DNA from: Octopus sinensis
Taxonomy: Eukaryota
Direction: 5' to 3'
Assembly (NCBI RefSeq): GCF_006345805.1
Contig: NC_043004.1
Span: 93,248,001 to 93,312,000, forward strand
Length of the DNA: 64,000 nucleotides
Below, in pieces: positions 63,328-64,000 of this stretch. A model generated the notes under the pieces. That model searched no databases. It was not told the DNA's origin and saw only the letters and a program-made list of their open reading frames with translations. Position numbers and translations under genes: made by a program. Numbering within the stretch: the stretch's first letter is position 1; each line of letters starts with the position of its first letter.

Positions 63328-63649
63328 ATAAAAAATGCATATGTAATATATAGTATATCTAGTTTCATTCAGTTCCATGTGAAGCCTAATCCTACAGGTC
63401 TTTGGTTTAGATGTGTTCCAGCCACTCCAGTCTTTTCTTTATTTTTATTTTTGCAGACCTTGTATAAAGGATTGTATTATCCAAAATGCTCTTCTTTTTT
63501 AAGATGATAGGATGAACTTTAAGGTAAGAGGTCATTATGGATTTTGTCCTTTTGGGGTTGATGAAGTAAGTACCAGTTCAGCATGTGTTGATGAAATCGA
63601 CTAACCTTCTCCCACCAAATTTCAGGCTTTGTGCTTATAATAAAAAGGG

Positions 63650-63730
63650 TTATTATTATTATTATTATTAATATTATTATTATTACTATTACTATTATTA
63701 TCACTATTATTATTACTATTACTATTATTT
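63650..63730. repeat. (TAT)n microsatellite/SINE tail
   Basis: Follows aaatttcaggctttgtgcttataataaaaaggg, the alternative family A tail. Confidence 0.8.
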
Positions 63731-63938
63731 ATTTTTCTTTATTACCTACAAGAGGCTAAACATAGAGGGGACAAAGCATTAAGTCGATTTTATTGACCCC
63801 AGTGCGTAACTGGTACTTAATTTATTGACCCCGAAAGGATGAAAGGCAAAGTCGACCTCGGCGGAATTTGAACTCAGAACGTAACGGCAGACGAAATACA
63901 GCTACGCATTTCGCCTGGCCTGCTAACATTTCTGCCAG
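63731..63938 (-). mobile_element. SINE family A
   Basis: Family consensus on the minus strand. Confidence 0.8.
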
Positions 63939-64000
63939 TATTATATTTTACTTGCTCTGGTTGATTCTGTGAGAATGGACAGCATCCTGTTGCTAAAGGT

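Overview
AT-rich, repeat-dense eukaryotic genomic DNA. The SINE/LINE and microsatellite content suggests an octopus-like cephalopod (inference). The only protein-coding gene I can support is deoxyhypusine hydroxylase (DOHH) on the minus strand. It has four coding exons (42443-42149, 23968-23892, 18014-17768, 11885-11572; 933 nt, 310 aa), all GT-AG junctions in compatible phases, and all four His-Glu iron-binding motifs intact. The rest is introns and intergenic DNA filled with tRNA-derived SINEs, decayed RTE/CR1 LINEs, a Gypsy pol relic, two DD37D (maT-like) transposon relics, non-autonomous Helitrons, several MITE/foldback elements, a GIY-YIG relic, a decayed 28S rRNA fragment and a 3.4 kb TA/CA satellite field just past the DOHH stop. 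Almost all ORFs in the supplied track are microsatellite or repeat artefacts. I found no convincing new multi-gene system. The best leads are a 28S-fragment/retroposon-tail chimera, recurrent SINE dimers joined at a palindromic junction, Merlin-like MITEs with complementary arm deletions, a palindromic minisatellite that may lie in the DOHH 3' UTR, and two candidate promoter regions. Repeat boundaries are approximate unless target-site duplications (TSDs) are given. Family names come from recall, not from a database search.
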